Assembly: GCA_043228905.1 (NCBI GenBank)
Contig: JBHGNT010000015.1
Coordinates: 2,914,001-2,978,000, forward strand
Direction: 5' to 3'
DNA: 64,000 bases
Source of the DNA: Azolla caroliniana
Taxonomy: Eukaryota > Plantae > Polypodiophyta
A model generated the notes under the pieces. The model did not search any database, was not told the DNA's origin, and was given only the letters and a program-made list of their open reading frames with translations. Positions 10,064 to 22,035 of this stretch are shown here, piece by piece (the stretch's first letter is position 1; each line of letters begins with the position of its first letter). The position numbers and the translations under genes are program-made.

Positions 10064-13000
10064 ATGTCGTACCCATACCCACAGACCAGACGCGGAGTCA
10101 CACATCTGTGCCTTCATATCCACGTGGCAGGCCAACCACTCAATGCACCGCCTCACGCCAGCCAAGATCGATGCCTCAAAGATTGTCAAGTTCACACTCT
10201 CCCTCGATGGACCGGCCGCACGATGGTACTCTCGCCTCGAAATAGGAGAGGCCACCACTTTCCAAATCGTTCGCACAAAGTTCCTTGAACTTTTTCATCG
10301 CGAGGTGCCTAAACGGGAACTGCTCCAGCAATTCTTCTCTATATGCCAGGAACCGCACGAAACAGTCGCGCAGTTCACGATCCGGTTCCAGGATCTCTAC
10401 CGACAAGTGGCCGATGATGTCTCGGCACAACATATACCGGACACTTTCCTATCCAGTTTATGAGAGCCTCTCCGAACGACTCTCGCACTTACAAATTTCG
10501 CCAACCATACTATCGAACAAGTCATAGCGCGGGTTCTCGCCCTCAATCGGACCCAGCACGACGCGGCCTTCTCGATGACATCCTTGCAAAACGCTCTTCC
10601 CCAAGAGGAAAATCGCTTTCGCCAAGCCCTCCAATGCACGGAGTGTTCAGGATCAGGGCACCTGGCCCTTGAATGTCCCCACCGACCACAGTGTCCAATC
10701 TGTCAGTCTCGAGCTCACACTGTCGAGCAGTGCGAATATAATATGCTGAACCGCACAACGGCGGCATCGTTTCGCCAGATTGAGCCATGAAATACATACT
10801 CTCGGCAGGACGAGCAATATATCTACCGAGACCAGGATAACGACCGACCGCAATCCCCGGATCGACGGCGCCGAGACGACGACTACCGACGTGATGACCG
10901 CCGTGATCATTATCGCGATGACCGGCACGACGATTATGCTCGATATGATGACGATCGCGATGACCGGTATGACCGACGGAACTCACGCATTGATCGGCGA
11001 AACGGCAACCGCAACACACGCAACAATAGAAGACCTAACGACAACCGCCGACGGGACGCTCCTCAAAATGACCAGTGCAACTCCAACGCACCTCGGAACA
11101 ACCCACCACCAAACGAGACAGAGAATCAACAACAACAGCTTCCACACACAGACCGAGCGGACACCAACAGCTCGGCCAACGTTACATATTTTAAATGTAA
11201 CCAATCAGGGCACTACGCCACACAATGTCCAACAACCAACCGTGGCAAGGCACCCACGGTGAACAGTATCATGGCTGATGTTCAAATGGTCACTACCCGG
11301 AGTAAAGCGCAGACTACTCAGTGGCAAATCTAGGATGAAGTCCATCAGGCAGCAAAAGAATGGATTGACACGGCCAATAAAAATAATGTCGTACGCATGC
11401 AAACTGACATGAAAGACGGGCCCAGTGAAGCACCACAAAACTCGGTACCATCCACGTCGGAGGAGGACGACCAGCTATGGGATGTTCTTACCAACTCCCG
11501 CATCTCGCTGCCTCTACATAAACTGTTACCACTCATGCCGAGATTTCGGGACACCCTGGCGGCACTCGAGGCCAATACTAAGCCCGTGACGCCATCGGTA
11601 CACCTCACCGAAGCAGGAACCGGTCCACCACTCATGGATTCTCAGAACCCAGCCGTGCGAATCATCATTAAGGGACAAGACCTGCACGGATGCATCATCG
11701 ACGGCGGATCCGGCGTAAACGTTATTAGCGAATCAACGTGTCTCAACCTCGGCTTGAATCAATGGGAACCATGCCCCTTTTGGCTTCGGATGGCCGACAC
11801 CCACTCCGTTCGCCCCATTGGTTTAATCCGCCATCTCGACTTCACACTCGGAGGCCACATGTTCACGATCTCGGCCGTCGTGCTAAGACTGGAGACACAA
11901 TGCGCCTACCCAATGTTACTAGGTCGACCATGGTTGCGTACAACGAATATCAAGCAACATTGGCAACGCAACATGATCTCGTTCCGAAGAGGCAAGACAA
12001 AAGTCTGAATCATCACTGAAGAACGAGTCCCCGTCGCCCTCAACACTTCGCCGTTATACGCGGAAGGGGTCCATATGCTTGACGGTTTGGCCGATGAGGA
12101 GTTCGACGACTTCCTAGATGATCATCCCACGATCATCCCTCTCTTCGAGATCAATGCCTTACCAACCATCGAGCAACCTAAAGACGAGGAAGGCACGGAG
12201 GAGTCACCACCCCAAGATGAACCAGATCCAACCACAGTTGTCGAGCTACGTCATGCTCAGGAGGCTTTCGAACGCGAACTCGCCATTTCACAACGAGTGA
12301 AAGCATCAACCTTGGAAACAATAAACCTCAGTTCGGACGAGAATCCCCGTACGTTACAAATCGCCAATAATCTACCAACCGGAGAACGGGCATGCCTCGT
12401 AAAATTGCTCACCGACTACCAGGATGTTTTCGCTTGGTCTTACACCGATATGAAGGGGCTGGATCCTCAATACTACCAACATCAAATTCACATCTTACCC
12501 GACACTTGGCCGGTTCAGCAGAGGCACTACAGGATGAACCCCAACTACGCCGCTAAAGTCAAAGAGGAAATCGACAAACTACTTCGAGTGGGCTTCATTC
12601 GCCCTGTTAAACGGGCCACGTGGTTGAGCCCAATCATAGTGGTCCCAAAGAAGAACGGAAAAATCCGCGTCTGCGTCGACTAACGGAAGCTTAACGCAAC
12701 AACAATCACTGACGGTTTCCCTCTCCCATTCACAGACAGCGTCCTTGACACGGTAGCCGGCCACGAATGCTACAGTTTCCTCAACGGGTTCGGCGGCTAT
12801 AACCAGATAAGAATGCACCCGGAGGATCAGGAGAAAACCGCTTTCGTCACGGAATGGGGTGTTTTTGTAGCAGAAGTAATGATGTTCGGTCTAAAAACGG
12901 CACCGGCTACGTTCCAGCGCATCATCACCGAAATCTTTCATGACTACATCCCGGCGTTCATGCAAGTCTTTCTCGACGATTTCGCCGTGTATGGCCATCG

Positions 13001-15332
13001 ACAGGAACACATGACTACGACAGGGGTGTTTTTGTAGCAGAAGTAATGATGTTCGGTCTAAAAACGGCACCGGCTACGTTCCAGCGCATCATCACCGAAA
13101 TCTTTCATGACTACATCCCGGCGTTCATGCAAGTCTTTCTCGACGATTTCGCCGTGTATGGCCATCGACAGGAACACATGACCCAGTTACAACTCTGCTT
13201 GGACCGATGTCGCCAAGCTCGATTGAGCTTAAACCCGGCGAAATGCGCATTCTTAGTCACCAGCGGCAACCTTCTCGGCCACATTATCAGTCAAGAAGGC
13301 ATCGCTATGGACCTGGATAAAGTAAAGGCAATCTTGACCGCCACCGCACCCTCGAACGCTAAGGCACTAAGCCGTTTTTTGGGACAGATCCGGTGGCATA
13401 GCCGAATGATACGACACCTGGCCGATTTCGCGACACCTTTACACACGGCAGTCCATCGCCTTCCCTTCCAATGGACGTCAATCGAGGACACTGCCTATCA
13501 GACCCTGAAACTAATGCTGTCACATGCCCCGGTGGTCCAGTCTCCGGTTTGGTCCGAACCGTTTCATGTCTTCGTAGATGCTTCGGACATCGCCATCGGA
13601 ATTGCCCTGATGAAATGCACACCCCCGAATTGGTATAGGCCCGTGTACTACGCCAGCCAACGGCTCTCGACCGCGGAAAAGAATTACTCCACCACCGAGC
13701 AGGAGGCCCTCGGTATGATTTATAGCATCAATAAATTTCGGCATTACCTCTTGGGCCGAAAATTTACCTTTCACGTGGATCACTCGGCCCTTCTTTATTT
13801 GGTCAATAAACAAGCCCTCACCGGACGGTTGGCTCGGTGGATGCTCCTACTACAAGAGTTTGATTTCCAGATTCAACATCGACCCGGGGTACAACATGTC
13901 GTCGCCGACTACTTGAGTTGTCTTGAGTCAGGGGAACCGGCGAAAACAACGTACGACGAGCTACCGGACGCTAGCCTATTTAACCTGACCACGATACCAG
14001 ACGATAACGGAGATGAATGGATCACGGAGATGACCCATTTTCTCACTACCGGTGTACCTCCCGAGCACATGACCCTTGACACGAGAAAACGCCTAGCAGT
14101 GCGTAGCCAGAATTTTTGCCTCGTCTCGGACATTCTCTACCACAAAGGCTCGGACGACATATGGCGCCGAGCGATTCGGCAATTTGAGAAGAACATCGTT
14201 CTTCAGGAAGCCCACCAGGGAGTAACTGGGGGGCACTATGCCGGGGATTCCACGACAAGGAAAGTTTGGCAAAGTGGATTGTGGTGGCCGACAACGAAGA
14301 AAGACGCTCATGAGTTTTGTCGGCAGTGCAATTTGTGCCAACGACTGGGGCAACCAATGGAACAGTCACGGATGCCACACCAGCCGATTCTTCCGTTGGA
14401 CCCATTTCAAAAATGGGGTTTGGATTTTGTAGGCCCTTTCAAACCACCCGCGGCCCGAACAGGGAATAGGTATATTATCGTTGCCATGGATTACTGCACC
14501 AAATGGGTCGAGGCTAAGGCACTCCGAGATAACACGGCGGCATCCACGGCTAAATTCGTGTACGAGCACCTCTGGTGCCGTTACGGATGCCCAATCAAGC
14601 TCGTTAGTGATCAAGGTGGGCACTTCATCAATCATATAATACGTGAGCTTACACACCACTACGCGGTGGTGCACAAGAAAAGCACACCATACTACCCGCA
14701 GGCGAACGGCTTGGCGGAATCGACCAATAAAATCCTCCAAACCATACTGAAGAAGATCGTCAATGAAAACAGGACCGATTGGGATGATCAACTCCAGAGC
14801 ACGCTATGGGCGTATCGTACGACTTTCAAAACAAGCATCCAATCAACCCCCTTTCGAATGGCGTTCGGGTTAGAAGTCGTAATGCCCGTCGAGTTCCAAG
14901 TCCCGAGCCTCCGAGTTCAAATCAAAGCACGACTCCCTGACACCCAATCCGAGCAATACCAGCTGGAACAACTCCTTGAACTCGACGAAGATAGGATAGA
15001 GAGTATGGCCCAGCTCGAACAATGCCAACGGCAACACAAGGCTTTCGTGGATCGACATCAACACGGGGCTGGAAAAGGAGCTCACCATCGGCAAACCAGT
15101 TCTTCTTTTTCAAACACGACTCGGGTCTATGCCGGGAAAATTAAGATTTCGGTGGACCGGTCCATTCTGGATTATCGACGAGTTCAACGGGACGTTCCAG
15201 CTCGGCACACTCGCCGGCGACACTATCAAAAGTTGGGCCAATGGTTTCCGACTTCGACCATATCGAGGCACTACACCACCCAACCCGTTTCAGGAAACCA
15301 CCACGGAGGAGGCCACGTGTCCCCCTGAATAA
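10064..15332 (+). pseudogene. gag-pol: Element D gag-pol with stops and frameshifts
   Basis: Retrotrans-gag (AARWY..QEPHETVAQF), CCHC knuckles, IIDGGSGVN protease, RT with FLDD, RNase H VDASD, integrase WGLDFVGP/SDQGGHF/YPQANGLAE, terminal GPF..NGFRLRPY. Confidence 0.9.
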
Positions 15333-15852
15333 GGACTCGCCCACCTTCTTGAAATTAATAAAAGTAGTAGTAGGTAGGATTAACCATAATTTAGCCACCG
15401 ATTAGCTACACCTACACCACCCACCTAGGCACCCATAAATTTAGGAGCACCCCTCGCCACCACTCATTTAGTACCTATTTAAGCACATGCAAAGCACTAG
15501 AAGCACCCCACTCACCTTCAGGACACGTGGTGTTAGTCACTTATTATGGCACCCACGACTCAGAATCTTCAGGATTCGCTTGAGGCACAACCCTAGGAGT
15601 AAGTTACTAAAACCGTTTCCAAAACGCAGCACAGACACAGAAGTTCATTATCGCTCCCAATCTCCATCGCTCTCAAGCTCAGAAACCCCGTCTCGCTCTC
15701 ATCGCGCTAAACGCTCTTGCTCTCAAGCCCTCTTTCGCTCTCATAACCCCTCTGCTGAATTTCCCCTTCCTGTTGTTCCTTCTCTGTCTCACCCTCGCCT
15801 CATCACTCTTCTTCACGCTTCCACACAATTGAACCCCATCTCCATCTCCACC

Positions 15853-18800
15853 ATGTCTCTGACCGCTTCAACAGAAACCCGCGCCTGGCTCCAGGAACGA
15901 GGAATGGGCGGTTACCTAAAGATCATCGATGCCCCCGCGCACCCAGATGCCCAAGGTGTGGCTAAACGTATAGGTCCCGAAGCCATCACCAACAACGTGC
16001 TTCGGGCTGTTTTGGACCTGCAACGGGGAGGGGACCATAAGGTCGACATACCCCCAGCATCGAAGATGAAAGCGTACTTCGGTGAGTACTCAGCCTCAAG
16101 GAAGGCATATCGCACGTATGGCGGTCCCAACAAAGCTTTCGGGGAGATTGCTCGTATATTAATGGAGTATGCGTTCGTGCATACAAACCCAACGAGCATG
16201 CCGCAGAACAAGGCAGCCATCATCAGCGCATATGAAGGAAACAGAATCGATTGGGGAATCATCACAGGCGAAGGACTCCGCGCCGCCTTAGCTTCATTTC
16301 AGTCCGATAAGAAGATGTTGTCTGTTCTTACCCACTTTTTGATGGTTCTATACCCACCCTCTTCTCTTCCTTTCCCTCGCACACTCACATCCCCACCACC
16401 ACCACGAAGGCAGAAAGAGAAATTCGTTGCCATCAGCCACGAAGCATGGGAGGAGCCCACATCGCCTTCACCTCCTACCGCCGACCAAAACCCCACATCT
16501 GCACCACCATCCACCCAACCCCAACAAAAAAGGGCAGTTTCCGAGACCTGCCAAGAATGGGAGGAGGAGGTAGCCGCGGAGGACAACACGGCAGATGACG
16601 TCACCATTCGACAGCCAACGTCGCGCCCCTCGGTAACTTCCCCAGGGCCTAGCCCACGCCCCAACACATAGCAGGCTGCACCACCACGACCCCAGAAAAG
16701 GAAGCAGGTGGAGGAAACGACACTACCGGCCCCGAAACCCCAAACACAACCAAGCAAGAGAAGATGACTCAACCGCGAGTCCTCGGCAGAACAGAAAGAG
16801 CCACAACAAGAGCAAGCCTTAGTTGTCAAACAGAGCAACCTGGCCATCATCCCTGAGGAGGCATCGCTGAACAAGGGAAAGATCGAGCATGGGCAGACAA
16901 CGCAGATCTCGGAGGATGAAGTCCTCGGGTATAAGGACCTCCCCGCGGAGGCTTACGAATTTAGTGCGCTCCTACGCCTCGGTACGACATTCGAGCTGGT
17001 CGACTTCCTCGCCAGAGCCCAAGTCGCGGCAGCCGCTCGAATGGCGGAAGAGCACGCCGAAACAAAAATGATTCAACGCGCGCTATTAGGTGAAATTGAG
17101 CCCTAGGAAGATAGGGCTTTACAAAAAATCGGGAGAAAGAAGTAGGCAAAATAGGCCGCTCTCCTCATGGAGGTCCCCGAGTTGAACACGGCCCTTATCG
17201 AGGCATATAGGGACCTGGATCGCACTACACGGGCAGCCAAAGACATGGCCCGAAAGATAAAAATAGCCCAAAAACAGGCTAAGATGGCTACAGAATTATG
17301 GCACGCTGCGAAACAGAAGCTAGCAGCCTGGGAGCAAAACCGGCCGGAACAACAACTCTTGAGTCTTCCGGCCACGACCACGGAGGCCCTCCCAACCCCT
17401 CCACGCATAACAATGATGGATGAAAGCACTGTCACAGATTCAATCCTGACGATGCAGGCCAGTACACAAACGGACTCGTTACAAATGGTCGATACCTACA
17501 CAACAACCGAGGCGGCCACGCCCATGGAGAAGACCGAGATACCACCCCCTCGTGCACCCAAGGAGGTTGCAACCCAGACAGAACCCCCGCTCCGGGATTA
17601 CCGCGCGGAGCTTAAAGAAGAACAATGGCGAACCGAGAGACATGAACAACGGCATCAGGAGGCGATGGCTCACCTAAAAGAAGAAGCTTCCAAGCAGATG
17701 GCCGAGATTAGAGCCCAGGCCGACCAAAGGATACACGAGCAGAACGAAGCACTGGGTCGGGTACAAGCGCAAGCCGCGGGCAAAGAAGCCGAACTCAAAA
17801 GCAAGCTGGAGGAATACGTAGCCACAGTGGCAAAGAAAGAGAAGGAGGTCCTAGACCTACAGGCCGCGCTCGACAATGCGAAAGACTGGAACCACCGGCA
17901 GGAGGAAAGAAATCGCCAACGGGAGGAGAGAATGATCGCGGAGAATGCCGAGCTGCAGAGTCAGCGTACGACCCTTAAAGAAATGGCTGACGAGTTTTTC
18001 ATCAAATGCAAGCTACTTTCGGAGCAAAAAGACGAATTATCGGATTCCTACTTCGCCCTACAAGAAGAGAGAATCGTCGAACGGGAACAAGTCCGGGCCG
18101 CGTGTCAAAAAGAACGGGAGAAAGCCACCGAAGAACTAACCAAGCGTTACGAGCAGGCTATCCAGCTCGTAACCGCGGATGCAAAGAACACTCAAGCCAC
18201 CTATGAACTACGAGCAAAGAAGCTTCAGGCCGAGGTCGACGGCTTAAAACAGGAAATGCACAGCCCGGCATGGATGAGACACGCATCAAAATACTGATCG
18301 AGAAACAGAGCCAGCACCTTACCAAAAAGGTCAAGGAAACATTAAGTCGCACAGGAGACAAATGGGTAGCCCAAGCTGCCGAATTGCATATTTTACGCGC
18401 CGACGCCGAGAACCGACGGAAGGAGGGCCGCGGCTTCTACAAAATGGACGAAGCCAGCATACAAAACCTGCGTGCAGATTTAACCGAGGATTACCAGTCC
18501 TTGGCAAAATCTCACACCGCGGCAATCGAGCAAATAATGGAGGACTTCAATGACGGTCAGATGTTGTTTCGCCTGGAAGCAGAAACCTTCGAACGAGAAC
18601 GACTCGCAGCCATCCCAACCAGCCCACCAACGGCCACAGAGCAGAAGGAAGAACCTTCCAGCAAGGGGATCACGGACACGACACAGGAGGAACTTGCCCC
18701 GGCCAACAGACATCCCATGGACGCCCACACGGTACCAGATCCAGTCGAAGTAGAGGTCAGCGCCCTCGAACCCACACCCCCACCAGAAGAATTGGTCGCA

Positions 18801-18932
18801 CCTAAGGCGGACGCCCGAGAAGATATGACACCCCCGGACCAAACTCAAACCCCCGCACCGACAGTCCAACCAGGACACCCTGCCACCACCCCGGACCCCG
18901 AAAACATCCTCGACATCTTAAAAGAGGAATGA
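15853..18932 (+). pseudogene. Element D accessory ORF3, about 1000 aa reconstructed (globular N-terminus, Pro-rich linker, long coiled coil)
   Basis: ORFs 15487-16671 and 17167-18297 are in the same frame and separated only by point stops. The frameshift near 18270 is absent in the homologue at 50697-52463. Confidence 0.75.
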
Positions 18933-19030
18933 AACGAGGATTACGCCTAAAAGGCAGTTTTTGTAATATTGTTAGTATTTTGTAAGTCGTGGGTCCGACG
19001 GACAAGGTCCTGTCCCACGGGCGTGCCAGG

Positions 19031-19489
19031 TGTTGTCTAGAGGACAGAAATGTAAAATTAGGAAATTAGCAAACGCCGAGTCCGAGTATCACAGGCCACC
19101 GACGGCTCGGCTGTGTATTAGGGGAAAAGTTATTTAAACAAGGACCAGTACCTCAGAGGAGGAGGAGAGAAGAAAAATATAGGCGGAAGCACTAGCTGAG
19201 TCCCTCGTAACTAGATAATCTTGTAAGGTCACCGGCCGTAGGCCCTGTTCTGTAATTTGTTCTATCGCAGTAATATATCTGAATTGTGCCTAGTTTGCTC
19301 CATGTGTCTGTGCTTTGATTCATACCTATGATTTGAGCGCCGCCCACGCCTGCTAAGATCTCGTTAGTGTTTTCTCTCTGAGCATTGTCTCTCTCTCGAC
19401 GCCTCTGTTACGAGCCTTCACGTACCACGCCCTTGAATACCGATAGGCATAGATCTATCGAAGGTGTTCACCCAAAGGAACGAGTAACA
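19031..19489 (+). repeat. 3' LTR of element D
   Basis: Direct repeat of 9282-9740. Confidence 0.95.
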
Positions 19490-21963
19490 AAGATAACGTA
19501 GCCTAGAAATTCCACTTGCTTGTAGTCAAAGCTACATTTTTCTAGCTTGGCATAAAGACCATTCTCACAGAGTCGCTTTAGTACTAATAGTACATGAGAA
19601 TCGTGCTCTTGCTGGGTCTTCGAATAAATCAATAGATCATCCAGATATATGATCAAAACAGATATCCAAGAGGTCTCTGAATATATCATTTGCCATGTGT
19701 TGGAAGACTGTGGGTGCATTGGTTAAGCCGAACGGCATAACAGTATACTTGAAATGCCCATACCGCGTGCGAAAGGTGAAGGCGGTCTTCCATTCATCTC
19801 CCGGTCGGATCCGCACGAGGTTATACCCTCCTCATAGATCGATTTTGGTAAAAAACTTGGCACCATTAACTCACTCTAAAAGACTTGATATAAGAGGAAG
19901 TGCATACCTATTCCGGATGGTGACCTTATTCAATCCGCGGTAATCAACGACGAGACGAAGTGAGCCATCTTTCTTCTTGACAAAGAAGATGGGTGCACCG
20001 GCCGGAGATTTCAAATGACGGATGAACCCGCTTGCCAAGTTCTCCTCTATGTAGGCTCGAAGGACTTCTAACTCGGTGGGTGACAAGTTGTAAATTTGTC
20101 CCCATGGTGGCTCGGTTCCTGGTTGCAAATCGATGGGACAGTCATAGGGACGGTGATGAGGAAGGGTACCGGCTTTTACCTTGTCAAATACATCGGCATA
20201 AGGATGATATTTTGCCGGAATTTGTACTGAGGAGTCCTTCTTAATAGTGTTGGAAGGATGTACTGATATTGCAAATAGGAACATTGGCTCCTTGTGTCCT
20301 TCTTCGCGTAATTGATGGAGTGAAATGGTCGAAACTCGGTGAGTAGATTCTTGGGGTGGTCGATATCGGACTTCTCTTGTTCTCCAATCTTTGGCTGGAT
20401 TATGTAATTCAAACCAAGGTAATCCTAGGACAATGGGATGCTCTGGACTACTAATTATATTAAATGATATTACACACACAAAACTACCTAGGACAACTTG
20501 AATGGGTTCTGATTCTTCTACAATATTCCCGGAAGCAATGGGACGACCATCAATGACTACTACAGATGCGGGACAAGGAAGTTTTCTTAGGGATATCTGA
20601 GAAGCTTGGGCAAAATTTCGATCCATGAAACAGGAATTAGCTCCGGAATCTAAAAGTGCTAGGACGGGTACTGGGAGAGTACTTTTAGTACTAACAATGA
20701 CTTGGGCTAGGAACACATTGCTAACTTGCTTGGAAGGAATAGAACCACTAATGGGTTGTACCGATCTAGGGCTGTTGTCCAACCAAACGACTCCTATTTT
20801 GGCTGGACTCAATCGTTTAACTCTTCATCTAATTGACTAAGGATTTCAAATTTGTTTGAGATACTTGGGCTATTAGTACTATGAATACTATCTGACACTC
20901 TATTAGTACTATTAATAGTATCAGACACTCCGAAGGGAAGAATTGACTCGGGTTTAGTACAGGCGACGATTTGATTTACCTGTCTTCTTGGCCTATGGGG
21001 ACAATTGATGGCGATATGCCCTGGTCCACCGCAATAAAGACATAATCGATTCGCACATCGTCATTGCTTTTCTTCTTCCGATAATGGGCCGCGTCGACGC
21101 ATGGTATCGATCTCCATCGGTGTCGAAGTATTTGCTTGAGGTATGTCTCGTGCAAAAGGTTTAGCCACGACTGCGGCGTAAGTGGGCTCTGGCCTAGAGC
21201 GTGGTATCTGTAATTGACATTCTGAACGCCATTCGAAAAGGCGGTTGTCACATCGGACCGCTCGACTGATTGCCTCCGTAAGAGACTTTGGTTCTTCAGG
21301 GAAAGTTAGAAGTAGATCTTTGACATCGTTTCGCAGGCCATAGCGAAACTGCTCCATTAGTGCTTGATCATCCTAGGGTATATCTGAAGCGAGTAGGAGG
21401 AAATCCGCAACGTAGGCAGAGGCTGGACGATCGCCTTGACGCAATCGCCGGATCTTGTTGATCGCCGTCCTGATGCTGTCAGTGTCTCCAAAGCAGGCTT
21501 TAAACTCACTAATAAAATCTTCAAAGTTATTAAGCAAGGGCGATTGTTTTTCTAGAAGCGGAGCGAACCATGCTAAGGCTGAGCCGTAAGCAACGTGCCT
21601 ATTAAGCCGACTCGGGATGCATCAGTGGGATATCGGGAAGGATGCATTTGGAGGACTAATCGTACCTGATTAAGGAATCCCCTGAATTGCGATCGCGTTC
21701 CATCAAATTTCACAGGAAGTCCAATCTTCGGCTCTTTATGAAATCCTTGGGAAGTTTATCCTTGTTGTTGCAATGTCTTCGAGTTGTTGCACCCGTAATG
21801 CTAACTCCCCATGCTGTTGCTGCGTTTGTTGTTTTTCTAGAGCGATTTGTTGCAGATCCCCTATCAGTCGTTGGTTTTCTTGTTCCAAGGCAACAAATTT
21901 TTCTTTTAAGCACTGTAGCTCGGAGAAAACGGATTGATATTCTTGGGCGCTAACAATAGCCAT
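19490..21963 (-). pseudogene. gag-pol: Element A gag, protease and RT (degraded)
   Basis: MAIVSAQEYQ start, EQFRYGLRNDVKDLL, CLYCGGPGH knuckle, [35 protein letters not shown]. Confidence 0.9.
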
Positions 21964-22035
21964 AGTATAGGGAAAAGGGTAGGAGGATGAGGGAGAACGA
22001 CAAGTAGGTTGGAGGACTGGCAAATTGGTTCAAAC

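Larger units (their letters stand above)
9282..19489 (+). mobile_element. Ty3/Gypsy non-chromovirus D (Athila/Tat-like) with extra 3' ORF and no PPT
   Basis: 459-bp LTRs at 9282-9740 and 19031-19489 (about 20 mismatches by eye), TSD GAGAT/AAGAT, PBS TGGCATGCCCGGT 9746-9758, gag-PR-RT-RH-INT order. Confidence 0.93.

Noticed and set aside
15853-18932. env gene
   Set aside because: No signal peptide or transmembrane segment is visible.
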